A DNA stretch of 64,000 nucleotides from Spirogloea muscicola (lineage: Eukaryota). The position numbers and the translations under genes are program-made. Where the stretch lies: positions 756,561 through 820,560 of the forward strand of contig WELB01000013.1 of assembly GCA_009602725.1 (NCBI GenBank), read 5' to 3'. A model generated the notes under the pieces. The model had not been told where the DNA came from, did not search any database, and saw only the letters and a list, made by a program, of their open reading frames with translations. Positions 1-13,200 of this stretch are shown here, one piece after another (within the stretch, counting starts at the first letter, position 1; each line of letters starts with the position of its first letter).

Positions 1-302
1 CCTCCCCTCCCTCCCCCCTTCCCCCGACAGATGCAGGCCTCTGAAGCTGGCAGCGTGCACTGCTGGCCATTGAAGACGAGTTCTATGCACCTTCTGCATG
101 TTGCTAAGGAAGAGCTCTCTGCAGATTTGGCCCCGGAACCCTGTTTCCACCATTTCTACTCTCCTGCATTCACAGTTGTTTCCAATTCATTTCCTTAAGA
201 GAAGTAGCGCTGTATTATTGCTGGCAAGAGCTGGAAGGGCGCCGCAGCGGATAAGGAACCATGGGTGCACTGTAACTCCCTGTTGGCTTCTATTGTGTGA
301 AG

Positions 303-879
303 ATTGACATGCATTATGAGGAGCAGTCAGACCTCTTCATTGCCTTCCAGTGCGACCACAAGGTCTCCTTCAGGTAGCAATGTGCCACCCAAGTCGAGAA
401 CGTCGTAAGGATGTTCTACACCCTAGCCTAGAGCTGTAATCAAGCAACCTTGACGTTCATCCACATCAATCCAAGATATCTGTTCGAGTTACTCATGACA
501 TTGGCTGAGGAAGTGAATAGATAACAGGCGAAGTCTCTGCAACACTAGAAGAGCAACCGATCAGAGGAGTTGTGCAGCTTGCAGGAAATAGCCTGATTTG
601 CTTTCGTGGTGAGGCTGCACATGTAGGTACAAGTACAAGCACCTGAGCGCAACGACAGCCAACATCCCAACAAGCATCCTGAAGGAGAATCAGGGCAGTA
701 AGCTAACTATCAATGCTGGCGGCCTGCTCAAGGTGCAGCACCTGGTTACTGTGCGGCCGACACCGCATCAGCAGCACCACTACGCCAGCCCGGATCAGGG
801 CACGCGCATCTCTTATATTGAATTCTACGTGCTCCCCGAGGAAGAGATGGACGATGGTGGTTCGCCCGGCGAGATGTAA
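303..879 (+). CDS. RAD1: Cell-cycle checkpoint 9-1-1 clamp subunit RAD1, last two exons (5' part upstream or unresolved)
   Basis: Exons IDMHYEEQSDLFIAFQCDHKVSFR | YKYKHLSATTANIPTSILKENQGSKLTINAGGLLKVQHLVTV...TRISYIEFYVLPEEEMDDGGSPGEM* (TAA 877-879). This resembles the plant RAD1 C-terminus (GGMLKVQHLV...SRIAYIEFFV). Confidence 0.75.
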
Positions 880-1897
880 GATGGGTGTGCGCTCATCATG
901 TGGTGAGCCTTCACAAGCAGTGTACTACGTTACTGTTTCCGACCTTTTTGCGTCTCTGGTTGACATTCATGTTGATAATGTTCCCCACTCCCTCATCAAC
1001 AGCATTAAGTGTTCTGGCCAAGGCAGTCACTCGTGCCCTTACAAGGGCGGCAAACTCTTAGTGATGCAGCTCCTAGGTTGATGATTTTGGAGGAGGTCCT
1101 GAGCCTCTGCCCTTAGCCCCCAAAGGTTGATTGCAGCAGATCTTTGCTTTTGGGCGCACAATTGCCTCAGTTATTGGCTAGTTGCCACTTTTAGCAGCCC
1201 ACTTCTTTTTCTTTGTGTTCCTTGTGGTTGTTACTTGCTGGCTCACGCAAGCAATTGACAAGGTCACCAGGGTCCTCTTCGCTACTGTGGCTACTACTCC
1301 AAATGTCTTGAGGCTAAGACGCTAAGGCCATACTCTCCGCAATTCAACCCAAACCTACATCCTACTTCTCCTCATGCTCGATCATTTCAATTATTTCGGT
1401 TCACATGAATACAAATAATAGATGTCAACATCTGTTACGGGGTCGAAGACTGAGGGGCTGCTGACACAGGAGCCCTGAGCCCAAGAGGCCTACAGCATGC
1501 CGCATATTCTCGGCCCTGATATCACACTTATTTAAGCTGTGCCCCCGCCTTCCAATATCACACTTGTTTTGCTGTGCCCCCCTATCAACACATGACTGCC
1601 ATGTTGCCAAGGTGCAGTCGCCGCACGTTGCAGACGGCACCGAGGGCGCCTGACTCTTCTAGCATATAAACGTATGTTCTAGGGCCTCACTTCAGGCGTG
1701 GATTTGGACTATTGACAGCCCAGTAGGCCCAGAAGCCAGTTAGTGTTGCCTAACCTAACCCTCACTGTGTATTGCACCAGTATCTTCGCAAGAGCACTTA
1801 AGCCTGTACAGCCCGCTTGGAATGGCCAGCATGTGCGTATGTTGAAGACACGCCTTCAGTATAGCACGCCAACCATGGAACTGCCGCAAGCTTAACG

Positions 1898-4800
1898 TTA
1901 ACTTCCAGTGTCGGCCCGTCTGAAGAACGTGGACATGTTCTGCTGCTTGCCAGAAGCTCCATCTTCCAGCGGCAACCTCTTCTGCCTGCTTGTAACAGTG
2001 GCAGCTCTCACATGAGGCCTCTGCAAGTTCGCTGCTGCGAGTTGCCCTCGTTGCCTTCTTTGCTGAGCAATACCAGCTAAAATGCGGCGCTGCTCCTCCA
2101 AATCCACAGCTTCGAGCGCCACCTCCACTGCACTCTGCCTGTGCTCCGCCCATTTTGGATCACTGCTCTGGCAGCTCGCTGCACCTGCCTTGGTTCTGTC
2201 CGCTCTGACCTGGCCAGCAACGACATCGTCTTCCACAACATTGTCGATGTTTGTCCGCTGGCCTCCGAGTCCAAGCTCGTCCTTGCCTTCATCTCGAAAT
2301 TGACATTCACGGGCAGAATTGGACATGAGTGAAGTTCTGTGAAGGTGACTTTGATGAAGGTCTGCTGCATAGGCATCTACACATGCTCCTTGCTGGTAAT
2401 CTCGAATGCCCGACGCCACTTCCATCCGCTCCTCGCGAGCCCGTTTGCCCAAGTCGGTTCTGTGGCTAATCAGTGGCGGCATGTCCTGAGCCGTGTGTGT
2501 AGCCTGCGGCCCTCTGCTGCTCCCTGTGGCCTGAAGAGCAGGGCTGAAGAACTTGGCGATTGACCGCGACTGCAAGTAAGGCCACGCAAGTTGCATGATG
2601 AGAATGCAGCTTTGGGGTTGCGTTCGTTTTGCACAAATGCGTCTGCACGTGCTGCCTATAAGTGTCACAAGTGAGGATGTATCACTGCAAGCAGATCTCT
2701 ACCTGAGCTGGGAGGTCTGTGAAGTCGCCGGCCGCAAGAGCGAGCCTGGAGCATGGGAGGCAGCCCTCTGCTTTCCGAAGCATCGCCAGCGCCGCATGCT
2801 CCAGCACCTCTGCAAGCTCGCGACTCCCTGGCTCCTCGATGGCCTCTGGCATAAGCTCGTCGTCCCGATCCTCAAGAGCAGAGGACTCACCGAGCTCCTC
2901 CCTGTCGTCCTCATCACCCTCTGCCAGGTCATCTTCTGACAACCTTGCCCCAGGTGCTTCTTGATCAGTAGCCTCGCGAGGAACCGCATCGTTGTTCTCA
3001 TGGCCTTGCTGGTCAACTGCTACAGCAGACCTTGGCTGAACAGCAGCCTGCTCAATGTTGTGCGTTGCAGCCGCCGGCATGGGGCTGGACTTGGAGTGGT
3101 CCCCAAATTTAGGCCGCCGGTAATAGAGCTGCAATGTCTTGGGCCGCCGCTGGTTGCGGCGGGCGTCCCGTATCATCCGCCCCGCAAGCTCCATGGCAAG
3201 GACATGCATCCACCGCCTGCGTGATGCATTTGCAGCGTCAGTGACCGTGGCATTGAGGGGCAACAGTATATGCCACTGGCAACGCCAAAAGCAATATTCT
3301 TAATAATATTCTAAGTGTCATCTGTAAGCTTCGTGTGGAACAGGAAAACCTTGCTTTGTCAACAAGAGTGGCACTACTAATCACTGGCAGATGTGCCTAC
3401 TTAGCAGCCAGCTCTCATAAGGTAACTTCTCTTTGCAAGACCCAGCGAAGACGCCTGACCTCAATGTCTCGAAGTCGGAGGTGGCGCCAAAAGTCTTGGC
3501 CGCCAACATTGATTTGGTAGTAGCCTTTGCCGCTACTGCCAGGTGAGGTTGTGCATGATCAGTCTTTTAATGTCAGGCATTACTGGCCAAGCTTTCCTTG
3601 CCTTGCAGCACAGGACAAGAAGGTCACAGAAGCTGGTTGCTTTTCCAAAAGCAAAGTCAGTTCAGGGGTCAACCTGCTTCGTCATTTTCCCCTCTAACGG
3701 CATTGTACACATAGTTCCCAAGCCGCTCCCCAAAGGCCTGGACCAGCTTCACCTGTGGGACAGCTTGTACATCCCTCGCTGTCTCACAGCCCGTCTTTGC
3801 CAACTTCTGCAGACACAGTAGCAAGGGCGCAGCGACTCATCATGGAAGGTGGATCTGCCTCTCTGCTGATGCAGGGGAAGGACTGATATGATGCTGTAAC
3901 AGCAGTGTCTGCTCACAATGCCCAGCTTGCCGCCCAGATTTCTGATCTTTCTGAGCGGGAGCTCTCCCATCAGCGTGGCAACTGCCCGTGGTGGTATCTG
4001 CACTCCTGCAACAGTGTGAGCAGCAGTGAAACTTCTAGGTACGATAGCCTTCTAGGTACAAAAACAGCAAAGACATACGGCACAAGCAGCAAGTGTGAGA
4101 ATCCCAGCAACCTTTTAGGCAGCTGTTGACATCCTTACCACTGTCACCCCATCCGGCTTGTTCATGGATGAGCCAAGCTTGGCAAGCAGCTTGTTACTAG
4201 CTACTCCCTGCAGAACAACCATGCACAAGAAGGTCCATCAGGGTAACTGCTAAACCTCCAAGCTGTTTATGCTCTTGGCTTGCTTGCCGCACACTCGAGT
4301 ACCACAGATATCCTCACCACTGAGCACGTGTAACCAAGCTCGGTCTTCAAGGTGGCTCGCAGCCTTGCAGAGATCACAGCGCCTGCAAGAAGCCTGGAAG
4401 CGGGCCCAGCTCACGCATCAGCCTTTGGCAATATGAAAACCAACATCCCAAGTACTGAATACACACTCAACTCTCCAAGTATGCTGAGCACGTTGCAAAC
4501 ATCCAGGCCTGGTCTTACCTGCAGTCATATGAAATTGAGCTGGACAGGGGGCCATCCAGCACAAAGAGCCTCGGCTTCTTGCGGTCCGCCTCCACCTTTA
4601 AGAGCTGCTCGATCTCCCCAACATCGAACCCACCCTTGACCATCTCTTCGACCTGTTTGCAGAATCGTTTGCAATTCGGTCAACAGAATGAGCATGACAG
4701 GTCCACCCTCCAATTCTGTTCTACACATACTTGACTTACTTCAAGTTCATCACATGCTGTATCTGCACCAGACTGTATCTTCAAATGCTGTACCTTCAAA

Positions 4801-6053
4801 TACTGTTGCTTCGCTGCATTGCAGGCGTGCATGCTGACTGTAAACCATAGCTCCTGACAGAAAAGTATTGTCTGTGCTGAGGCAGCTTACTGGCGCTGTT
4901 ATGTCAAGGAAGGCCTCATCTATGCTGGCCTTCTCACACACTGAAGCAAATCGCCGGAAGATGGGAAAGATGGCATTTGAAGCCTGCTCAAGGCAATCAG
5001 AAGACAAATTAGAAGACATTGTAAATTCCCCAGTCCTGCAATGCAGATATATGTAAGCAATTTACAACAAAGTAAAGGTTTGCTGCAGGCTTTGGCAAAG
5101 TACCAACATCCACTTGTTTGTCTGCTCTCAGTGCAGGACATTAGCAGCTCGCTGCTGACCCAATAAGTGCTGTTGAGGAAGGACGGAGGAGAGGGGCGGG
5201 GGACTGTAGGAGGAGAAGCACCTGCCGGTAGCGCTCTAGGGATGCTTTGCCAGTGCCGCGATCACCACCAGCGACGCCTCCAATGACCTCCACATGGACA
5301 AGGTGGAGCTCCGGGCACTGCTCACACACAAAAGGGTACCATGAACATCTTCGCTACATCGTCCTTGCCAAGAAAGCAAAAGCTTGAAGCCTAAGCCCTT
5401 TGAACCTGCACTAGAAGAGATCTACTGCTAGCGGCATAGAAACTCTTGCAAATCCGGAGAGAGTCACAGAGGCATAGAGACAGCACGGCTATCATGGAGT
5501 TCCCCAGTACGCGAGGGACTGAGCAGTACCTTGCGCAGCGCCTCAGGAGCGCGCTCGTGGCGGGTAATACCTCTGGCCCTGGCGGCGTAATTGATTGCAA
5601 TGAGCCCCTGCATCGTGTCAAACGACCAGAATGAAGGTCACCTGAATCATGCAGCGCATCAGCTGTCGGTGCAACAACGGTGGCCGGTTCTGGAGAGCAC
5701 AAGCCGCACGCTGTCATGGTGGACCTATGCCATTTACGACGGGCAAGAGTGCGAGCTGTCGCCGGGTCCCAGCAGCAGTCGGAGACCCGTCGGGCCTCAT
5801 CTAAAGCCCGCGGTCTGGAGGCCGCACCTCCCACTGCTGCACCGCCAGCGGCTGCTCCAGCGGTATGCCCAGCCGCACCTGCTCCACCTGCGCGGCGGCG
5901 GGACACGGCGCAGCCGCAGCGCGGCTCAGCCCGAGTGGCCGCCACCAGCGGCAGGGGCGGCGGCGGCGGCGGAGCCTGCGCTGGCGGCGTCGATTGCGGC
6001 TCAACCGCAGCGTAGAAGCAGTCGAGGTCGACGTGCAGGACGACGCCGCGCAT
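1898..6053 (-). CDS. POLH: Y-family DNA polymerase eta (multi-exon)
   Basis: Motifs VLHVDLDCFYA, PLAVQQW, CPELHLVHV, KASLERYR, CEKASIDEAFLD, NKLLAKLGSSMNKPDG and LPLRKIRNLGGKLG. C-terminal PIP-box-like QQNMSTFF before the stop at 1898. Confidence 0.9.
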
Positions 6054-6199
6054 TGCGGCGACGGCGGCGGCGGCGGCGGCCCGTAAAAGGCGCCGCGGCC
6101 GCCGCCGCCGCCGCCGGAGTTCTTGACTTAGGGTTTAGGGGGCTAGGGTTGAGGTTGTGAGGGGCCGGCGATAGGTTCAGCTGCAACTTGGGCTCCCGT

Positions 6200-6710
6200 T
6201 CACTGAGCACCCAGTGGCCAATTTGAGCCGTTATTGCTTTGACGCTTTTCTGGCCCCTTCAAACTTTGGTCATTCATTTCATTTAGCTTGCCAATTACAG
6301 CAATTGCCCTCTACTGGAGGGGAAAACGAATGGACCAACAATAGAAAAGAAAAGAGAGAAATATTACTGGAGGAGTCTGTCTTCTGCTTTTTAGCTGTGG
6401 CTGTTGCTTTTCATGTCCGACAAGGCAACGGGAAGACGTGGTATTCCAATTCATGGTGGGAGTCTTGATAGGGCCACTGCGGCGCACGGCTCCTCACTGA
6501 CGATGTCAACTCTGGAATGCGAAGATGCAAGAAAGAAAGAAACAAAGAAGAAGAAAGGGCTCGCCCATTGAGGATGGGGCTGGAAAAGCCAGCCCAAAAA
6601 AGAAGGAACAAAGTACGAGGAGGGGGCCAGGGGAAGCGCTAAGAAAAACAAGCACAACAAGTAACAGCTCTATTGTAAGGCAATGACTGTGATAGGCCAG
6701 TCCAAAGAAT
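6200..6710. mobile_element. Cluster of 3'-end fragments of CRE-like non-LTR retrotransposon (+ copy 6200-6330; - copies about 6430-6710)
   Basis: 6200-6330 matches the 3' UTR at 62160-62330. The minus strand has two tandem hairpin units: GGACTGGCCTATCACAGTC and GGGCTGGCTTTTCCAGCCC...GGGCGAGCCCTT. Confidence 0.65.
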
Positions 6711-7486
6711 TGTATGAGGCAAGAAGCACTCAACAAGCGCCAGATTGCTACCGGCTAAGGCGTAAACCCGCGAGCTCCGCGCTCGTTGCGACAACATGAA
6801 AGGGCGACTTGGACGAAAAAGAGCTCTTGGCGGCTGGCACTGCGTCCAGATTGGATTGTTAAAGAACTTGCAGGGCAGCGACACAGAAGGAGCTCTGTTG
6901 GGCAAATGGTGCCGCAGCCAGCTTTGCTTATGTTCAACACCTGCATGCCTGCAACCACTGCTGCCCTGCTGCTAAACCCCTGCCTCATCTAAGGTGGCAC
7001 CTAACAGGTGTTTGATGGCCTCTGACTTCATTGCGCTAATCATATCCAACCCTAGCGGCTTCTTACGCCCTAGTCGAGGATGCCCGCTTACTAGGGTGCA
7101 ATGGCAAATGTCTGGGGTACTTGCAGTGGAGCCCCCAGCAATGCCCAGTTTTGAAGGTGACATATATTCAGCTTCAAAGTGGCAGTAAGTAAGTAGCTGA
7201 CGAGAAGTGTAGCAACCAAATATCTCCAGCCAATTTTCAAGACTTCTTCATTGTTCCAGTTCTTCCTGTCAAATATAAGATAATATGAGCTGTCCTCAGA
7301 CGGTATTCGCTGTACAAAGAATGAAGCAGGGCAGGGCTCTCACTGCAGCTGCACGAATATTGGGCATCACTGGTGTGTCATGGCTATAGCAGTGCGTCGA
7401 TCAGGCCATGTATCCTGCATAATAATGTGTGGAGTGACATGGAGCTTCCAAGCTTGGAGCAGCCAGGCATTGGAGAGGGAGCACGA

Positions 7487-9231
7487 TCAGAATGACTGAT
7501 TTCGAGAGTGCCAGAAGAGCTGCAGCTGCAGCCAGAGGGGCGTAGTGGCGCACACGCCACGTGCCAACGCGGGGTCCAGAAGATGGAAGCCTCGGCGCTC
7601 AAGGGCCGCAAGATAGGTGGCCGCCGGCACAGCCGGCAGCAGCGTTGGTGCCGCAGCATTCAGCAACCCCTCCTCCTTGAGCTTGGGCAACATTGCCCGC
7701 GCGGTCGCCAGGTGAGCCTGCGCCTGGCTGGCGATGTCCAGCACAGCATCGGCAAGCGGCTCTCGAGGGGGTTTCAAGGAGTAGAGGTCCTCCTGCGACA
7801 ACCGGTGCTTGGCAGCGGTGTCAAGGGGGATGTACGTCCGCCGCCGTGCATGATGGTGAGGCGCCGCTCGCAGCAGGAGCGTCATGCCGGCCGCCTTGCC
7901 GACATGCGAGGCCGCATGATCGGCGTGCGTGCTCGCTACACCAGCAGCCTGTAGCGTAAGGTACAGGAGCGACGACGCGGTGCTCTCGGCATACGCCTCC
8001 AGCGCCAAGATGTCTTGTGGCGCGCCATCATGCTCCACGTCTTGAATCTGGCAGGAGCAACAACCGCCGGCTATTTTTTACATCGCAGCATTGGTTCTGA
8101 CGGAGCTGTTGCAGCATTTGCAAAGCCGGACAGGGCGCCAGGGTGGCCAAGCGTACCCTTGCTTCGACGATGCGGTCCAGCCAAGGCTTGGACAGGCGGC
8201 AGCTCGCCAGCACGGCTGCCAACGCCTGCAGCACTGGGTGCTCCTGCACAGTGCCCTGCCGAAGTGCAAGGAGGCAACCAACTGAGAGCTCAACAGCGCC
8301 AAGGTGATCCAGAACCTCCGCAGCTTGACGAGCATCTCTAAGGTCGTGTGCAACGTGCTCGGGAGCCGCTGCAGACTGCTCTCGCGCAACGTGCTGAAGA
8401 AGTGCTGCAGACCTTGTAGAGGTTGGCCAAGGCGTCGCGCCACCAGACCAGGCGCATCATGCAGAGCGTGGGATCCTTGGCGCTGTCAGCGACCTGCACA
8501 ACAACAGCTTCGGCTGGGCCATAAGCCAAGGAGCGCGCCCGTTCAGTGCAGCGAGCCGCGACACGTCGTGCGCCAATCTAAGCATAGCCCTCGCCGAAGG
8601 TCGAGGGCCACGTACACGGGCAACCTCCACGTTGAAGGCCCGCAGAGCAAAAGCTGCAGGCCGCTGCTGTGCCGGCAGCTGCAGGCTGCACAGGTAGTGC
8701 TCGTAGTCATGCCGCCTGCCCTTGTATGGCCCGCCGCACCCAGGGGGCTGCGCTCAGCTCGATGCGCTTCGCAGTGGACGCGCACTCGGGGACGCAGCGG
8801 CGCGGCACTGCGCCCGGACAGCGCGCTGCAGCGGCGTCGCGGGCATGGCGCTCGGTTTTGATTCGTCGCGAGGAGGACCTGACTTGGTCTATGCAGTACG
8901 AGAAGGACTGGCGCTGGCGGCCATCCAGGTGGAGGCCCCGCGCATGGCGGAGGTCCCAGCCGCCGCCGCCGCTGCCGCGACCGCCGCCGCCGCCGCAGTA
9001 GGTTCCGTCAGCCTGGCGTCACAAGCAAGCTCGCCATAAGCAAGCTCTCGAATCTGGGCCGCCGCGAGGCAGCTGACAGACAGGTGGCAGAGTCAACACG
9101 GACTCGCCTAAAGCACGGCAAAGCAGACGCACCTTGCACAACGGCGGCGGCGGCGGCGACGACTGAAGCCAGGCGGCGCCGCGGCGGCGAGCTCCCGCGA
9201 GGGCCGCCGCGGCGGCCGGGACGGGCCGCAT
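7487..9231 (-). CDS. NDUFAF6: NADH dehydrogenase complex I assembly factor 6 (squalene/phytoene-synthase-like fold), multi-exon
   Basis: Exons [10 protein letters not shown] | [30 protein letters not shown] | [10 protein letters not shown] | [10 protein letters not shown] | [22 protein letters not shown]...[14 protein letters not shown]. Putative transit-peptide exon [18 protein letters not shown] from ATG 9231. Confidence 0.88.
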
Positions 9232-9373
9232 GGCTGGCTGGCGGCAGCTCCGCCGCCACGAGCACACCCTCGAGAGGCGGACACCGCTGCCAGTGGCTCG
9301 ACCGCCGACGCCGCGCCCTCTCTCTGCCCGTGGCACTGCCCGCGGGCCTCCGCTGCCGCCGCGATAACCAGGC

Positions 9374-9416
<43 letters not shown>

Positions 9417-9563
9417 GGTTTAGGAGTTAGGGTTTCGGTTTTGGGGGTTTCAGGGCCAATGCAAGTTGATCCGACCTCGGGGCTTGGCCCCGAAGCCCCG
9501 CCACGGCGCCGCCCCCGGCGCGGCGGCGGCGGCGGCGGCGGNNNNNNNNCGGCGGCGGCGGCC

Positions 9564-10250
9564 ATGGCGGCGGGCGCGGCGGGAGAAGCGGAGCCCGGGG
9601 CCGATGGCGGCGGCGGCGGCGGCGAGCTGCTCTTCTGCGGCAGCACCGACTGGGACATGATCGGGCGCACGGAGCCCCGCAAGGGCTCCGGCGCCGGCGC
9701 CGCCGCCGCCACTAAGGCGCAGCGCGCGGAGCTCTTCCCTCCGCTCCCGAGCCCCTCCCGCCTGCCCGCCCTGGCCGGCGTCGCCATCGCCGTCGTCGCG
9801 GCTGGCTGCTGTGAGCGCCTCAAGGCTTACTGCCTCTCTCTCCCTCTCTCTCTCACTCTCACTCTATCTCTTGTCCCACCTCTCTCTCTGTCTCTCTCTC
9901 CGCCCCTGCCCCTCCCTCCCTCCCTTCCCACGCCCACGTTGTATTCACTGTGCTTGAGCACACTAACGTGCCGCAGCCTGCTGCAGCCTCGTGCCACTGC
10001 GTGGCGCTCAGCGTGGACGGCAGCTGCTACACATGGGGCCGCAACGAGGTGAGGTGCACCCCTCAAGCCAGCGGGCCACGCAAGGCAGCAAGGAAGTACG
10101 GGCCCGCAGCCCCGTGGCACTCCCTCTGCTTGACTAGGCGCAGTGGCCTGCTGGGCAGCGCAGAATGGTCAGCTGGGCCACGGCGACCTGGCCACGCGCC
10201 ACGTCCCCATGGCCGTCGCTGGCCTCTCCAAGTGCGCCTCTCTCCATTTC

Positions 10251-10288
<38 letters not shown>

Positions 10289-13200
10289 CTGTACATCCTA
10301 CATCCCAATCCTAAACCGTAAAGCCCGCCTGGGTGGGCTGTGCCCGTGGACACGGACAAGGACAGCCGCCAGGCCGACGCCCCAGCCTATGACACGCCGC
10401 TGGGCTGTCCCGGCGTGCAGTGTGAAGGTGGTGGCGGCCGGCGCCGGGCGGCAGCACACGGTCGTCGTCGACGCCGGCGGCGAGTCGTACAGCTTTGGCG
10501 CCAACAAGTGCGGCCAGCTCGGCACCGGCTCCCACCGAAAAGGTGATTTAGGCTGACCTTCACGTCACCTAACCTTCAAATTACCTAATGCAAAAGCTGG
10601 GATGTAGGGTCTAGGGTTGGTTTAGGGTCCTAAACCCTAAACTCTAAACCCTCTATCCTCCCCCCTCCTTCACTTCCTTACGTCCTTCCTACCTTCCAGG
10701 CTGCCCGCTCTCTGGTGTTGTACGCACGGCTGCTGCGGCTGCCTGAAGCAGCGGCACCACCTTCTGCAGAGGTGGAGAGCGCACCGGTGAAGGTGGCGGT
10801 GACCAACGCAGCGGCCGTCGCATGCGGTGCCGAGTTCACCATGTGGCTGACCTCGAAAGCCGGCAGCACCATACTCAGCGCCGGCCTTCCGCAGTATGGC
10901 CAGCTCGGCCACGGCTCTGACAACGAGGTGGGTGGCCCGCCACCGCAGCAGCCGCGGCTGTGGCTGCCATAGTCATTGCTGCCGTTGGCAGAGAGCTGAG
11001 ACTGCCGCTGGCCTGCCACTGGCCCGCCGCCGTTGTTGCCGGGCCGCTGCTGCAGTACAACGCCAAGGAGGGGTCGGTGAAGATCATGTATGAGCCGCAG
11101 CCGACGCCACAGCCGATACGGGGGCTCGCATCTAAGACCGTCACCAAGGTCGCCTGCGGCAACAACCACACCGGTGAGCTCGCCGTCCCCACCCGTGTAT
11201 ATACCTTTGCTTCTATGGGAATGGGCCAATGCATTCCCCACAGTTGGAAGTGGCATAAGGCATTACCTAGGACAAACTTTGACTGCAGCTGTGCTCTGAC
11301 TAGAATCTATTGGCTAACCTTCACTAAATTGCCCTGACATGATCATTGATCTGCTGTTCCATGGGGCGCGGGCGGCACTCATGCCAGTGGCGGCGACTGA
11401 GGACGGCCTCGTGTACACGTGAATGCCCCACCCCGCTCTTGTATTTGCCGTATAGTGACCCCGATTTTGGCTACCTGTGGCGCCTGGATGCTTCAGCTGC
11501 TGAGACCGCTGATGCTGGTGCCGTGCAGATGGGGCAACGGTGGCTATGGGCGGTGAGGCTTTAACAGCAGTCGCCAGTCAGCATCACCTTGTTGCAGCTG
11601 CACAAGTGTGGTCAGGCTGTGCTACGGTGTCAGCTCCTGCTGGCCATGCTTTCATTTCAGCGGGCCTTGACTGCACGGGCCAGTGCCGTACTGCCATTAA
11701 TGTGAATTCGCCATAGTTCAATCCTGAGCCTAGACCTCAAGCTCAAACCTTGCACATTGCCACGGGGCGGTGTTCCAGGCTGGGCCACCGGGAGCAGAAG
11801 GACGAGTGGAAGCCAACTGTCGTCGAGGGCCTGCGCCGCAACCCGCTGCCGCAAGATGCTGTCATCGCTGCGGGCGCGGCCTTCTCCGCTTGCACAGCTG
11901 GTGAACGCTGCACCACCAAGGGGTCAAGGGCCTCATATCAGCTTCCAGCGGCCTGGCCTTACGTGCTCACTCCGGCCTGCAGGTGGCGGGCAGCTCTACA
12001 TGTGGGGCCGTGTCAAGTCGACTGGTGACAACTGGATGTACCCGAAGCCGCATTCGGAGCTGAGGCAAGTCCCTGCCTGTCCCCCTCCATCTGCTGCAAG
12101 CGAGCATGGTCGATTGGCTTCTTGTGTCGTGGTTGCTAATGGAAGTGTGAGGCGCTGCCAGCGGCTGGCACGTGCGGAGCATGGATTGCGGGAACACGAG
12201 CTCAGTGGTGGCAGCAGAGGATTCGTGTATCAGTTGGGGCACGGCCCTCTATGGCGAGCTCGGCTATGGCCCCAGCGGCCCCAAGTGCGGTGGTCGCTCA
12301 CCACCTCCCTCCTCTCCCTCGTTCTTCGTCCAACTTCCTTGGGCTTTATTTTTGGGCCCTATTAATTTGGGTTAACTCTGTGCTTTCATCCCTCCTACAT
12401 CTTTCCCTTCTCTCCCCCCTCCCCCCCCCCCTTCCTTCCTTTGTTTTCCTTTTCCGTCCCATTGTCTCACCTTTCTCTCTTGACACATGCCTGCATTGGC
12501 ATTGGTCCTATTGACAACCGGCCAATCCTCGCGCTCAGGTCCTCTGCTGCACCCCGTAAGATAGACTCGCTTGAGGGGCTTCGTGTTCTCAGGTGATAAG
12601 GACCAGCATGTTGGGCCCCTTTCTTGCAGGCTGAGCCGCAAGCAAATTTGCTGCAGGGCCTGCCTGCTCACGCATGCAGCATTGTTATGGCTTCAGGGTT
12701 GCAGCAGGGCTCGGCCACACCCTGTACGTGGTCGATCGCACCAAAGACTCGGCAAAGTTGGACCAGGTCGTCTTCCTAATCTTTTCTATCGCTAGGCTCT
12801 CAACCTTAAGTTCAATTACAAAACTGACCTTTGAACCTACTGACTACAATTGTTGCAAACATATATTTGTTATACATCTCTAGGTGCCTTTCGCTTGTGC
12901 ACTTGCCAGTTACCAGAGCCTGAGATATTCTGATCCTAGTCAGTCAAGCAAGTAGCTTCGATGCGCATGATTGAAATCGGTGGCTTAGTGGAGCCTTGCC
13001 ATGCAGCTGCCGCAGTATGAACCAAATGCGGAGGCGATGAAAGCAGTTGTGGGCAATGAGGAAGCAGCAGCGGAGGATGGGGCCGGTGGCGAGGACGAGG
13101 CGCCAAGTAAAAAGGGAGCCGCCAAGCGCAAAGGTCAAGGGGCAGCAGCTCCGGGGGGTGCCAACAAGAGGGGCAGGGGTCGAGGTCGCAAAGCCGCTGC

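Noticed and set aside
6550..6610. HDV-like ribozyme in the repeated hairpin motif
   Set aside because: I could not build the nested double pseudoknot (P1-P4, P1.1, J4/2), and the motif is at the element 3' end rather than the 5' end.
9008..10052. Long Arg/Ala/Pro-rich ORFs on both strands
   Set aside because: Shadow frames of GC-rich (CGG)n 5' regions. The real exons belong to NDUFAF6 and RCC2.
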